Of a DNA stretch of 64,000 nt, positions 29,992 to 40,292 are shown one piece after another. A program made the position numbers and the translations under genes. Position 1 is the first letter of the stretch, and each line of letters begins with the position of its first letter. Origin of the DNA: Spirochaetaceae bacterium (GTDB lineage: Bacteria; Spirochaetota; Spirochaetia; DSM-2461). The notes under the pieces are model-generated. The model ran no database searches. It was not told the DNA's origin and worked only from the letters and a program-made list of their open reading frames with translations. Location: assembly GCA_051531975.1 (NCBI GenBank), contig JAOPTT010000001.1:128001-192000 (forward strand). Direction: 5' to 3'.

Positions 29992-31173
29992 TTAAAATGA
30001 TGCCGACATATCAGCGACTTCAGTTGTATCTTCAACTTTCTTTTTTTCGAAAGTAGAAGAGTTTATTAAATCCATAAGTTTTTTCTCAAAAACATCCCCA
30101 TCTATTGGCATATCTATAGTGTTTCCTTCAAACTGGGATAACATTATTGCATTTCCAAGTGAGACTGAGTTTATACCCTCGGTTGCTGGTGCTATTAAAC
30201 TCTTACCATCTAAAATAGCATCTGCAAAGTTTTCTATAATTATTCTATGAGCCGAAGCTTCATTTTTAGGACATGGAATCTTAATCTCCCAATTCTCAAC
30301 TTTAGAAAAACCACTTTTTGCCTCTTTTAGATGTGTTAACATAGATTTTCGGTTTCTAAAAAATGTCAGTTCATCATTTTCGAAAACAATTTTCCCCATT
30401 TCACCAACTATCTCCAACCTGTTTGTACCTGGAGACTCCCCTGTTGAAGTGATAAAATGTCCAACCATACCGTTGTTATACTGAAAATACCCTGTAACTT
30501 CATCTTCCACTTCAATATCATGATACTTTCCAATAGACATGAATCCGGTAACTCTGTCAGGCATTCCAACAAACCACTGATATAGATCCAGTTGATGGGG
30601 ACACTGGTTTAATAGAACCCCTCCACCTTCACCTTTCCATGTAGCTCTCCAACCACCTTTATCATAGTAGTTCTGGGTTCTGAACCAATCTGTAATAATC
30701 CAACTAGTCCTAACAAGTTTTCCCAGCTCTCCTGAATCGATCAGATCCTTTATTTTTTTAAACTGTTCCAAAGTTCTCTGCTGGAACATAGCAGCAAATA
30801 GAACACTGGGATTTTTCTGTTTTGCTTCTTCCCAGGCTTTTACCATCTTTTTTATATCGTTACTGTGTACTCCAACAGGTTTTTCAGTAAGTACATGGAA
30901 TCCCTTCTCAAATGCATCGATAGCTATTACGGTGTGGTCATAGTGTGGAGTTGCAATAATAATTCCATCAAACTCCCCCCAGTTTAGGAGATCTTTATGA
31001 TTATAAAAAACTTCCACACCATACTCTTTGGCAAACTTATCTGCTTTGTACTTGTTAATATCACAAACAGCAACCAGTTTTGTATTTTTGGTATCTGTTA
31101 AACTTTTTAGATGGCTGGTTCCCATATTCCCCAGACCTACAACAGCTATTTTTGCTTGTAGTTTATCACTCAT
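29992..31173 (-). CDS. Gfo/Idh/MocA oxidoreductase
   Basis: VGLGNMG, TPHYDH, LTEKP and WRATWKGEGGGVLLNQCPHQLD motifs. Confidence 0.93.
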   Translation of the reverse strand: MSDKLQAKIAVVGLGNMGTSHLKSLTDTKNTKLVAVCDINKYKADKFAKEYGVEVFYNHKDLLNWGEFDGIIIATPHYDHTVIAIDAFEKGFHVLTEKPVGVHSNDIKKMVKAWEEAKQKNPSVLFAAMFQQRTLEQFKKIKDLIDSGELGKLVRTSWIITDWFRTQNYYDKGGWRATWKGEGGGVLLNQCPHQLDLYQWFVGMPDRVTGFMSIGKYHDIEVEDEVTGYFQYNNGMVGHFITSTGESPGTNRLEIVGEMGKIVFENDELTFFRNRKSMLTHLKEAKSGFSKVENWEIKIPCPKNEASAHRIIIENFADAILDGKSLIAPATEGINSVSLGNAIMLSQFEGNTIDMPIDGDVFEKKLMDLINSSTFEKKKVEDTTEVADMSASF

Positions 31174-31191
31174 TTATTTACCTCTTTTAAT

Positions 31192-32262
31192 TTATATTAA
31201 TGTTAAATTTGGTTGTTCATACTCTTTAATTGGAAAAACTGTACCCTCTGCCTTTGAAGTTGAATTGTAGAAACCTAAGACTATTTCGTTGGCCAATGAA
31301 GCCTCTTTTATAGATAACAATGGTTTCCTGTTCTCTATTATTGCCTCAGAGAAATCTGAGAACAGAATATTATGAAGGTTTCCATAACATGTTTTTCCTG
31401 GAAGAGGTTTGTCATCTTTCATCATCAATTCAATTTCAGTTAGTTCTTTATGTATATGTTCTGATTCAATATTTAATTCTACAATTGAATCACTGCCATT
31501 TATGGTAAAACTTCCTAAACTCCCTGTAATTGTAAGGAATGGTTTCCATGACTCACCTTTGCTATTTTTTACATCTAATAATAAAGTACGGTTTTTTTCA
31601 TAACTGATTGACCCTAGAGCATAGTCTTCAACCTCAATTTCTGGAAGAGATCTATTTTCTACTTTACCAGTAAGGGATTGTGGTTTCCCTAGAAACAGAT
31701 TAGCTAGATCTATAGTATGAATGGCTTGATTAATTAGTGTGCCTCCACCTTCTGAGTCCCATCTTCCACGCCAAAAACCGGTATTATAATAATCCATTGA
31801 TCGATCACAACTAAAGTTGAGGTCTCCACTTAGTATGTCTCCAAAGATACCTCTATCTACAAGTTCTTTTAATTTAATAATAAGAGCTGAATGTCTATGC
31901 TGGAAAGCAGCAGTTGTTTTTAGATCTATTTGTTCAGTTAGTTCAACCATCTTATATATATCAGTAGGTGTCGTAGCCAACGGCTTTTCACATAAAACAT
32001 GTTTACCATGTTCCAGTGCTTTTTCAAAAAGTTCTATATGTTTAAAATGGGGAAGACAAATAGTAATAACATCCACATTATGATTTATTAAAAGCTCACT
32101 ATAATTATATGACGATTCACAGTTAAATAGCTCGGCCATCTTATCTGCTTTATTAGTATCAATATCACAAACAAACAATAAATTACCATTTGGGTCATCC
32201 ATTATTGCAGAACAATGTACTTTACCAATCACTCCACATCCAACAACAGCATAATTTACCAT
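31192..32262 (-). CDS. Gfo/Idh/MocA oxidoreductase
   Basis: VGCGVIG, LCEKP and WRGRWDSEGGGTLINQAIH motifs. Confidence 0.93.
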   Translation of the reverse strand: MVNYAVVGCGVIGKVHCSAIMDDPNGNLLFVCDIDTNKADKMAELFNCESSYNYSELLINHNVDVITICLPHFKHIELFEKALEHGKHVLCEKPLATTPTDIYKMVELTEQIDLKTTAAFQHRHSALIIKLKELVDRGIFGDILSGDLNFSCDRSMDYYNTGFWRGRWDSEGGGTLINQAIHTIDLANLFLGKPQSLTGKVENRSLPEIEVEDYALGSISYEKNRTLLLDVKNSKGESWKPFLTITGSLGSFTINGSDSIVELNIESEHIHKELTEIELMMKDDKPLPGKTCYGNLHNILFSDFSEAIIENRKPLLSIKEASLANEIVLGFYNSTSKAEGTVFPIKEYEQPNLTLI

Positions 32263-32338
32263 AAAAACTCCTTACATATAGTTAATTTATAGTAATACAG
32301 TAATTTCCATGCTAACATTGTCAAAAAAGGAGAAAGGC

Positions 32339-33169
32339 ATGGATAAAACCGTCCACTTTTTAGAGACCATACCAACTGATAGTCTAACTTTGTCATTAAA
32401 TTCAGAACCTTTTATTCAGAAACAACATTCAAGTTACTGGTCAATAAATAATCAGATCTATAAAGACTACAATCTGTTTATCTGTACTGGTGGAAAGGCG
32501 GAATTCACCCAGAATAGCAAAAGTGTAATTTTAGAGAAAGGAAAAGCTTTTTTGACAAAACCAAATATTCCACTATATGCAAAACATATTGGGGATGACT
32601 ACTTCAGAGCTACAGCTCAGCATTTTAATTTAAAAGTATTTGGTGAATTAGATTTTTTCTCTCTGATAAACTACAGACAACTACAAGAGTTTCTTGATTG
32701 GACCTATGTTAAGAGTAATTTAGATAGATATAAAAAACTTGTAACCACACAGTCAAAGAGACTAGAACAACACGCCCTATTTAATATTATACTTATGGAA
32801 TTTATATATAATTCCTTTGAATCAGACAATATTCCCAATAATGAGAATTATAATTTTATTTTTCAGATGTTATCTTATATACAAAAGAATTACACAGATA
32901 AGGATGTATTAGAAAAAGCTCTCAAACATTCACCATACAGCCACGATTATACAAGTCGTGTTTTCAGAAAAAGGGTTGGATTACCACCAAAACAGTTTAT
33001 TCTTGAATCTAGGTTAACAAATAGTAGGAATCTTCTACAACAAGGTATTCCAGTTAAAGAGATATCATTCCGTTGTGGTTTTAACGATGAGCTCTATTTC
33101 AGCAGACTGTTTAAAAAACATATAGGTATCAGTCCTACAGAATTTAGGAGACAATATATTAGTCATTAA
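32339..33169 (+). CDS. AraC family regulator, divergent from the oxidoreductase cluster
   Basis: VKEISFRCGFNDELYFSRLFKKHIGISPTEFR; start placed at ATG 32339 behind AGGAG (ORF track opens at 32309). Confidence 0.9.
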   Translation: MDKTVHFLETIPTDSLTLSLNSEPFIQKQHSSYWSINNQIYKDYNLFICTGGKAEFTQNSKSVILEKGKAFLTKPNIPLYAKHIGDDYFRATAQHFNLKVFGELDFFSLINYRQLQEFLDWTYVKSNLDRYKKLVTTQSKRLEQHALFNIILMEFIYNSFESDNIPNNENYNFIFQMLSYIQKNYTDKDVLEKALKHSPYSHDYTSRVFRKRVGLPPKQFILESRLTNSRNLLQQGIPVKEISFRCGFNDELYFSRLFKKHIGISPTEFRRQYISH

Positions 33170-33320
33170 AGTCTCTTAATTCTATAAAACCTGCAAAATG
33201 CATTGAAGTAGACGAAATCATACGATAGAAACTATCAAAAAATTCAATAAAACAAAATAAACTTTAAATAAAATACGATAATGTGTATTATTATTGTATT
33301 TTATTAGAGGAGAACTTAGT

Positions 33321-35609
33321 TTGAAAAATAGATATTTAATTTTAATCCTTTTAATATTTGGCAGTTATTATATTTTTTCTTTAGATTCAATTGAGCCTAA
33401 AACCGCATTAATTATAGCAAACTCAAATTATACTAATTTTACAAAGCTTGCTAATCCAGTAAATGAAGCCAAAGAACTCAAAAGCACATTAGAATCCCTT
33501 GGTTTTGAAGTATTTATTGCAGTAGATACAACAAAAGAAACCTTACAAGAGACTGTTCTTGATTTTAAATATAGACTATTAGAAAAAGGTGGTACTGCAC
33601 TGTTTCATTATGGTGGACATGCCGTTCAAATAGATGGACAAAACTATATAATTCCGGTTAATGCAAAATTTCAAGATGAATCAAGAGCTAAAATATATGG
33701 AGTTAATTTAAATGACATTCTTAGTACGATTGACTCCTCTAATTCTGAAACTAATATTGTAATCCTTGATGCTTGTAGAGATAACCCTCTTAAAAGTTCA
33801 ACTAGATCAGCAACACGTGGACTTTCAGTTATAAATATTGCACCAAAAAACTCAATTGTTGTTTATTCTGCTCAAGCTGGGATGGCAGCTGTTGATGGAT
33901 TATTTACACCAAGCCTTATTAAACATATAAAATCAAAAAAAAATCTATTAGAAATAATTCAAGATGTTAGATCTGAGGTATATGAGAAATCTAATGGGGC
34001 ACAACTTCCAGGAACATATGAGCAGCTTTTTGAACCAATATATCTTCATGGGAAACCAAAGATTAAAGTTGTAGAGAAAGGTAGAGTTCATATAACATCC
34101 AAAGAGTCAGGAGAAGTATTTATTGATGAAAAATTTCATTCTAAAATTAAAAAGAACAGTTATCTTTTTATCGAGGACTTAAGTTATGGTAATCACCAAG
34201 TCACACTTACTTACCCGAGCTACTCAGATGTACAAGAAATTAATGTTACTGAAAAAAGAGTGTCAGTAATTGATTCTATATGGGAAGAAAACCCTACAGG
34301 AACAATAGATCTGTTTTGTGATGTTGATGTTGATATATATGAAAAGGATAATTTCATTGGGTCAATAAAAAGTAACAGTAATAATATTATAAGTAATCTA
34401 AGTGAGGGTAAACATCAATTTGAGTTTAGGAAAGGTGATAAAACTTTAGGTTTTAGAAATATATTTATTGAAAGAAATCAAGTAACTAAATCATCTATTA
34501 CTTTCCCAAAGGAAAAGGAATTTAAATTAATAGTGAATTTCCCATATGGAGAGGTTAGAGTATCGAGTAATAATAGGCTTATTAAATCATCAGGTTATAA
34601 CACGTATATTATCCCAAGAGGTAAAAATAAAATATTGCTTGAAAATCCACTTGTTGAATCTGCTTTTTTTAATGTCAGTGATAATAACAAGGATACAGTT
34701 ATATATGACTGGGAAGATTATATTTTGAAGAATGGAAGACTAAATATTATAGGACTTCCTAAAGAAAGTAAGGTAGACCTTATTAGCAAAAATGATATTA
34801 CTTATAGTTATATAACTGATAATAATAATACATGGAATTCACCAGATGAAATTATGGTTGGTGAATACACTGTTTCTCTGACAGGTCCATTTATAGAAAA
34901 GAATGTTTTTAAAATTAACATTGCAGAAAATGTCGATAGTATCTTTTATTATAATGATGAGATATACAGTAGTTTACAAATTGAAAAAGTAAAAGACTCT
35001 CCAAGTTTAAAGGTAGAAATTACTGACTTATATAACCCGTCAGCACCAGTACTAAATATAATATTAGATGATAAAAGTGCTAATGAAATACGTCTGAATG
35101 ATAGTAAATATAGAATATTAATTTCTAACGCCGATGATATCGCTCCTTCAAATTCATACTATAGGACATTAGAACCAGGTGAATCAGTATTTCTAAACGT
35201 TGGTGAAATTGAAGACTCTATACCAAAAAAAATAGAAAAGACTAAATATGATATCTTGTTATCAAATAAATTAAAAAATGATCCAAAATTAAAGGTATCA
35301 AGAAATATGTCAATTGTTAGTGCTAGTATGTTATTAGGAGGACTATCTACAATGGCTTTAACTTTACCAAACGTTGATTTCTCATTTAATGAAGATACTA
35401 CACCTTCTGATTATGATACAGCCTTTTTCACTGGACTACAAATAGTTAGTGTCTCAGGTATATTAATTTTAGTATCTGTTATAATTGGAGCAACTTCAGA
35501 TTTTGATGGTGATGCAAAACAACTAAGTACAGAATACGGTAAAATATTATACCAATTTGAACAGATAAACCTAAACTTGCCTGATTATATGAAAAGCTGG
35601 AGTAAATGA
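33321..35609 (+). CDS. Exported caspase-family (peptidase C14) protein with PEGA-like repeats and C-terminal TM segments
   Basis: Signal peptide; ALIIANSNY, FHYGGHA and LDACRDNP dyad motifs; beta-repeat region; two hydrophobic segments near the C-terminus; TTG start behind GAGGAG. Confidence 0.85.
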   Translation: MKNRYLILILLIFGSYYIFSLDSIEPKTALIIANSNYTNFTKLANPVNEAKELKSTLESLGFEVFIAVDTTKETLQETVLDFKYRLLEKGGTALFHYGGHAVQIDGQNYIIPVNAKFQDESRAKIYGVNLNDILSTIDSSNSETNIVILDACRDNPLKSSTRSATRGLSVINIAPKNSIVVYSAQAGMAAVDGLFTPSLIKHIKSKKNLLEIIQDVRSEVYEKSNGAQLPGTYEQLFEPIYLHGKPKIKVVEKGRVHITSKESGEVFIDEKFHSKIKKNSYLFIEDLSYGNHQVTLTYPSYSDVQEINVTEKRVSVIDSIWEENPTGTIDLFCDVDVDIYEKDNFIGSIKSNSNNIISNLSEGKHQFEFRKGDKTLGFRNIFIERNQVTKSSITFPKEKEFKLIVNFPYGEVRVSSNNRLIKSSGYNTYIIPRGKNKILLENPLVESAFFNVSDNNKDTVIYDWEDYILKNGRLNIIGLPKESKVDLISKNDITYSYITDNNNTWNSPDEIMVGEYTVSLTGPFIEKNVFKINIAENVDSIFYYNDEIYSSLQIEKVKDSPSLKVEITDLYNPSAPVLNIILDDKSANEIRLNDSKYRILISNADDIAPSNSYYRTLEPGESVFLNVGEIEDSIPKKIEKTKYDILLSNKLKNDPKLKVSRNMSIVSASMLLGGLSTMALTLPNVDFSFNEDTTPSDYDTAFFTGLQIVSVSGILILVSVIIGATSDFDGDAKQLSTEYGKILYQFEQINLNLPDYMKSWSK

Positions 35610-37924
35610 TGAATATAAAATATTTAATAACAACAGTACTTTTAATGATATGTAATTTATCTATTTTTTCAGATGAACTAGGTAAAAATGCACTATTAAT
35701 TGCAAATGAAGATTATAAATCTCTATCTGCTTTATCCACCCCTATCCAAGAAGCTAGATCCTTAAAAATTAAATTAAGTGAGATTGGGTTTAATGTAATT
35801 CTATTAGAAAATTCTAATAAAGAAGAAATGCAAGAAGCATTATTAGAGTTTGAGGATATACTAAATAAAGATGCAGGCATCGCTTTATTTCATTATGGTG
35901 GTCATGCAGTTCAAATTGATGGAAATAATTATCTTCTACCAGTTGATAGAAAAATAACTAATGAAGATAAAGCAAAAATATACGGACTAAATATTAACGA
36001 AGTCAGTTCAATTATGGATATTTCAAATTCAGAATCAAATATAGTTATTATTGATGCATGTAGAAATAACCCTCTACCCGGAACATCGAGGTCTGGAGCG
36101 AGAGGTCTTAATGTTGTAGGACAACAACCCCAAAACTCTGTTATTGTCTATTCAGCCCAAGCTGGGAATGTGGCCTTAGATGGTTTATTTACGCCGGCAC
36201 TAATAGATAAGATAGACAATACATCCTCTTTTGGACAGATAATTCAAGAGGTGAGAAAAGAGGTTTTTGAAAAGTCTAATGGAAGGCAACTACCTGGATC
36301 TTATGAACAGTTATTCAGCAATATATATTTAAATGGCAATAAGCAAACAATAAAACAAGAACAATTTGGTCATTTATATGTAACTTTTAAAGAAACAGGA
36401 AAACTTTTTATTAATAATAAAGAACAAGTAACCAATTTGGATTCTAGTTCAATTTTAATTGATGATTTGGCCCCTGGAGATTATGTTATCAAAATGATAT
36501 ATCCCAGTAATGAAGAGTCAAGTGATGTAAAAATTATATCAGGGAAAACTAATATCATTAATTTCCAATGGGACAAGCCAGAAATATATGATTTATCGAT
36601 TAATAGTGAAATAAGTGGTGATTTATATATCGATGATAGACAATACAAGGGTATTATCCATGAAAATATAAATACTATATCACTTATAAAGGGACAATAT
36701 AGGTTAAAGTTAGTTTCTACCGAGAATGTATATTATAGAGATATCATCCTAGAAGCTAACAAGACAATATTTATTAAAAAATTGAAGACTGAAGACTCTG
36801 TAATACATGTTAATAGTGATATAGATTTTGAGCTGTATGTAGATGATATTGAGATTGAGAATGTAGGTGAAAATACATTCTATATAAAGCCGGGAAAACA
36901 CTTAGTTAAATTAAAAACTAAAAGTAATAAAATTGATGAATATGAACTAAATCTATCTCCGGGAGAGAGAAAAGATCTATCTGTAAAATTGTTTAACAGT
37001 GATTATGGTTCAATAAAAGTTGATAACGTACCAATTGGATCAATATTAAATATGTATGGTGATAATGGACATATTTATCAATTTAAGACTGATTCAATTT
37101 CATGGGAAAGTCCCAAAAATATATCACCAGGGAAATATAAATATAATATTAGTGGAAAATATATTGATTCATATTCTAATAATCTAAGTATAGTTAATAA
37201 TAGGACTTCAGTCATTAGAGAATCCTTAACAACGTTAGGTCTCTTAGATCTATCTAATAATAGTAATTCTGATATTAGGTTAACGATTCTTCCAAATAGT
37301 ATAAAGACAAAAAGCACTGTAGAGATAAATCTAGGAATAAATGAACATAATTTATTAAAGTTACAACCTGGTGAGTATTATATTTATTATAGTAAAATAG
37401 ATGATACTGCTCCATTTAAACGGGAGGTTATTAATATTTTAGATTCAAAAAAAGAGATATTTAATATAACTGAAATTGGGTTTTCGACCCATTTTTATTT
37501 AGAAGAAATTTCTGAAGAATTATTAACTACAAAGATAGAATATGATTTATTATCAAAGAAAGTTGTTGCTAAAAATAGATTAGCTGATGTTGAATATGTA
37601 TTTGGATCAATTGTATCTTTATGTGCTGTTTTGTTAAAAGTTGGTTCAATAGATTCTGACAATGAAGACTTATATAGTAATATAGCCCTAGGATTTGGTG
37701 CTGGTGGTATATCCTTTATTGGACTTGGTTATCTAACTTCCGGGAAACAACTTACAGATTTCGAATACTCTGAGACTCTATTGTCCAAACATTTAAATAA
37801 GAATTTACCTAAAAGAGATATTTTAGAAAAAATATCTGAGTTAGAGAGTATTAAAGCTACGGCACTAAAAACATACCTTACAGATGATATACATATGAGA
37901 TCCTGGAACTACATATACCAATAA
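35606..37924 (+). CDS. Second exported caspase-family/PEGA protein, tandem paralogue
   Basis: ALLIANEDY, FHYGGHA and IDACRNNP; same architecture; start overlaps previous stop. Confidence 0.85.
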   Translation: MMNIKYLITTVLLMICNLSIFSDELGKNALLIANEDYKSLSALSTPIQEARSLKIKLSEIGFNVILLENSNKEEMQEALLEFEDILNKDAGIALFHYGGHAVQIDGNNYLLPVDRKITNEDKAKIYGLNINEVSSIMDISNSESNIVIIDACRNNPLPGTSRSGARGLNVVGQQPQNSVIVYSAQAGNVALDGLFTPALIDKIDNTSSFGQIIQEVRKEVFEKSNGRQLPGSYEQLFSNIYLNGNKQTIKQEQFGHLYVTFKETGKLFINNKEQVTNLDSSSILIDDLAPGDYVIKMIYPSNEESSDVKIISGKTNIINFQWDKPEIYDLSINSEISGDLYIDDRQYKGIIHENINTISLIKGQYRLKLVSTENVYYRDIILEANKTIFIKKLKTEDSVIHVNSDIDFELYVDDIEIENVGENTFYIKPGKHLVKLKTKSNKIDEYELNLSPGERKDLSVKLFNSDYGSIKVDNVPIGSILNMYGDNGHIYQFKTDSISWESPKNISPGKYKYNISGKYIDSYSNNLSIVNNRTSVIRESLTTLGLLDLSNNSNSDIRLTILPNSIKTKSTVEINLGINEHNLLKLQPGEYYIYYSKIDDTAPFKREVINILDSKKEIFNITEIGFSTHFYLEEISEELLTTKIEYDLLSKKVVAKNRLADVEYVFGSIVSLCAVLLKVGSIDSDNEDLYSNIALGFGAGGISFIGLGYLTSGKQLTDFEYSETLLSKHLNKNLPKRDILEKISELESIKATALKTYLTDDIHMRSWNYIYQ

Positions 37925-37984
37925 TTTAACTAAAAATTTATGTAGAGAATATGAGTTTCCATGAAATATAGACCAGAAACACTA

Positions 37985-40225
37985 TCAGAGCATTGAGGTT
38001 TTAATTGCTTTATCAAGTTGCCTAATAGTGAAAGGCTTCTTAACAAAACCATTAAGCCCTTTTTTCTCTAATTCTGATAAATCTGTATCGTGAATATACC
38101 CTGACATTATTATTATTGTACATTTTGGATTTAGTTCTTTTAACTTAATAAAAACTTCTTTTCCACCTAAACCAGGCATAATAATGTCTAGTAAAACTAA
38201 ATTAAAAGAATCAGGACTATTAGAATAAATATCAATGGCTTCTTGCCCATTAGACGCTAACGTTACTGTATACCCTATAGACTCAAGTAACTCTTTTCCT
38301 AAAGTTCTATTTAGCTCTTCATCATCTACAAACAAAATACTTTCGGCACCACCGATACTGATAGGTTTTTCACTTGATGGTGAAATCTCTTTTATTTTAT
38401 CCACTGGGAAATAAAGCTTAAAACATGTTCCTTCCCCAACTTTTGAGTTTACAAGTATAAATCCTTTATGTTCTTGTATTATTTGTAAAGATGAAGTTAA
38501 CCCTAATCCAGTACCAACCTCGACTGTTTTTGTTGTAAAAAAAGGATCAAATATTTGATTTATATTAGTATCAGGGATTCCACAACCTGTATCTGTAACA
38601 CTAATTAAACAGTATTTACCAGAAATAACTTTAAGACTATTATTCAATATAAAGTCATCACTTATATCAATATTTGATATATGATAAGTTATGATCCCTT
38701 CCTCTTTAATGGAGTGGCTAGAGTTAATACCCAGATTCAAAAAAATACTTTCTAATGTTGAAAAATTCCCTAAAACAAAATCATTATCTGTATCATTAAT
38801 TACATCTAATTTTATTGATTTATTTATTGTCTGTTTCAATAAACTTACTGCTTCTTTTACAATACTATTTAAAGATAAACTGTTTTTTACATTTTCATGT
38901 TTTCGACTAAATTTTAGCAATTGTTTTGTTAATTCAACAGCCCGATCAGAAGATTTTTTTATCATCTCTATATATTTGAGATGGTTACCATTGAATTCCT
39001 TTGATTTCATTAATAATAATTCCACAGATGATGTGATACCAGTTAATATATTATTAAAATCATGAGCTACACCACCAACTAATTGACCAAGAGAGTCTAT
39101 TCTTTGCATCTGATTTACTTGTTCATTAAGTGCTTGTTTTTCTTTTTTAATGTTAAAATTATCTGTCGTATCTTTTCTTATAGTTGCAAAGTTTGTAACT
39201 TCTCCCAACTCATTAAATATTGGAGAAATTGATATATCTTCAACATTATTACCACGGGTTGTCATAGAAATAGAATTATTTAATGAGTAAAACTTACCTG
39301 ATAATAATGAACGAATCAATTCGTTATTAATTATACCATTATCATCTATAAATTCTTTAGAATAAGAACCTATAACTTGATTTTTATTTAATCCTGAATG
39401 GTATAAATAAGTATTATTAACATATGATATTTTCCCTGATACATCCAAGATTTCAACAGAATCTTGAAATTGTTCAATAGCATCTAAAAGTATTTTCTTT
39501 TCTAATTCAATTTCATGTGTTTTAGTTATATCTTCTTTTATTGCCAAATAATTTATAATATTATTATCACTGTCAAACAGTGGTTTTATTCTAGCACTCT
39601 CATAATATAATTCCCCAGTTTTTTTCTTATTAGTAAAATAACCAACCCATTCTCTTCCTTGCCTGATTGTGGCCCACAAATCATCATAAGTTGATCTGGG
39701 GGTTAAACCACTTTGTAATATATCAGGATTTTTCCCAATCACTTCCTTGTATTTATATCCAGTAAGGCTACAAAATTGACTGTTTACATATTCAATATTT
39801 CCTTCTGCATCTGTAATTAAAACTGAAACAGGTATTTTTGATAATATTAAATCATTTAAACTTTCTCTAGTTTTAAATCCTTCTAATCTATTTGTCTCTT
39901 CTGGAATCCATTTTTTTAGTATTATAAACATTGTTACGATTGAAATAACAAGATTTAATATTTTAGGAATAAAAACAAATTGAGGTTGAGCTAAGAAATT
40001 ATAAAATGAGATATCTATTAAACCTGATAAAGAAGTATACCATACACCAAAATATGTACTTTCAAAAAGTGTTCTAAACGCATCTAATAACAAAATTATA
40101 ATTAAAAGTAGAACAAGTTTATCAGTAATTTTTTTTCTTACTATTCTTTTTACATAGATAATAAATATCATAAACCAGAAAATAATTAGAAGCCAATAAA
40201 TTATAGGAGTAATATATTTAAACAT
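37985..40225 (-). CDS. Hybrid sensor histidine kinase (TM sensor-PAS-PAS-HisKA-HATPase-REC)
   Basis: GGVAHDFNN, DTGCGI, FDPFFTTK, GTGLGL; receiver VDDE..LLDIIMP..KPF. Confidence 0.93.
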   Translation of the reverse strand: MFKYITPIIYWLLIIFWFMIFIIYVKRIVRKKITDKLVLLLIIILLLDAFRTLFESTYFGVWYTSLSGLIDISFYNFLAQPQFVFIPKILNLVISIVTMFIILKKWIPEETNRLEGFKTRESLNDLILSKIPVSVLITDAEGNIEYVNSQFCSLTGYKYKEVIGKNPDILQSGLTPRSTYDDLWATIRQGREWVGYFTNKKKTGELYYESARIKPLFDSDNNIINYLAIKEDITKTHEIELEKKILLDAIEQFQDSVEILDVSGKISYVNNTYLYHSGLNKNQVIGSYSKEFIDDNGIINNELIRSLLSGKFYSLNNSISMTTRGNNVEDISISPIFNELGEVTNFATIRKDTTDNFNIKKEKQALNEQVNQMQRIDSLGQLVGGVAHDFNNILTGITSSVELLLMKSKEFNGNHLKYIEMIKKSSDRAVELTKQLLKFSRKHENVKNSLSLNSIVKEAVSLLKQTINKSIKLDVINDTDNDFVLGNFSTLESIFLNLGINSSHSIKEEGIITYHISNIDISDDFILNNSLKVISGKYCLISVTDTGCGIPDTNINQIFDPFFTTKTVEVGTGLGLTSSLQIIQEHKGFILVNSKVGEGTCFKLYFPVDKIKEISPSSEKPISIGGAESILFVDDEELNRTLGKELLESIGYTVTLASNGQEAIDIYSNSPDSFNLVLLDIIMPGLGGKEVFIKLKELNPKCTIIIMSGYIHDTDLSELEKKGLNGFVKKPFTIRQLDKAIKTSML

Positions 40226-40248
40226 ATAATAAGTATAGTATAATTATT

Positions 40249-40275
40249 ATAATTAAAATAATTAAAATAATTAAA
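40249..40275. repeat. Tandem repeat (ATAATTAAA)x3
   Basis: Three exact 9-bp units between cheD and the hybrid kinase start. Confidence 0.75.
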
Positions 40276-40292
40276 ATTTAAATTATAGCTGT

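Noticed and set aside
29979..30035. Longer N-termini in the ORF track (also 33294, 53433, 54807, 61424, 51051, 43394, 32309)
   Set aside because: The extensions overlap upstream genes, promoters or hairpins, or lack an RBS; downstream starts have better RBS spacing.
33255..33282. Sigma-28 promoter upstream of the caspase genes (TACGATAA)
   Set aside because: No TAAA element at the required 15-bp spacing.
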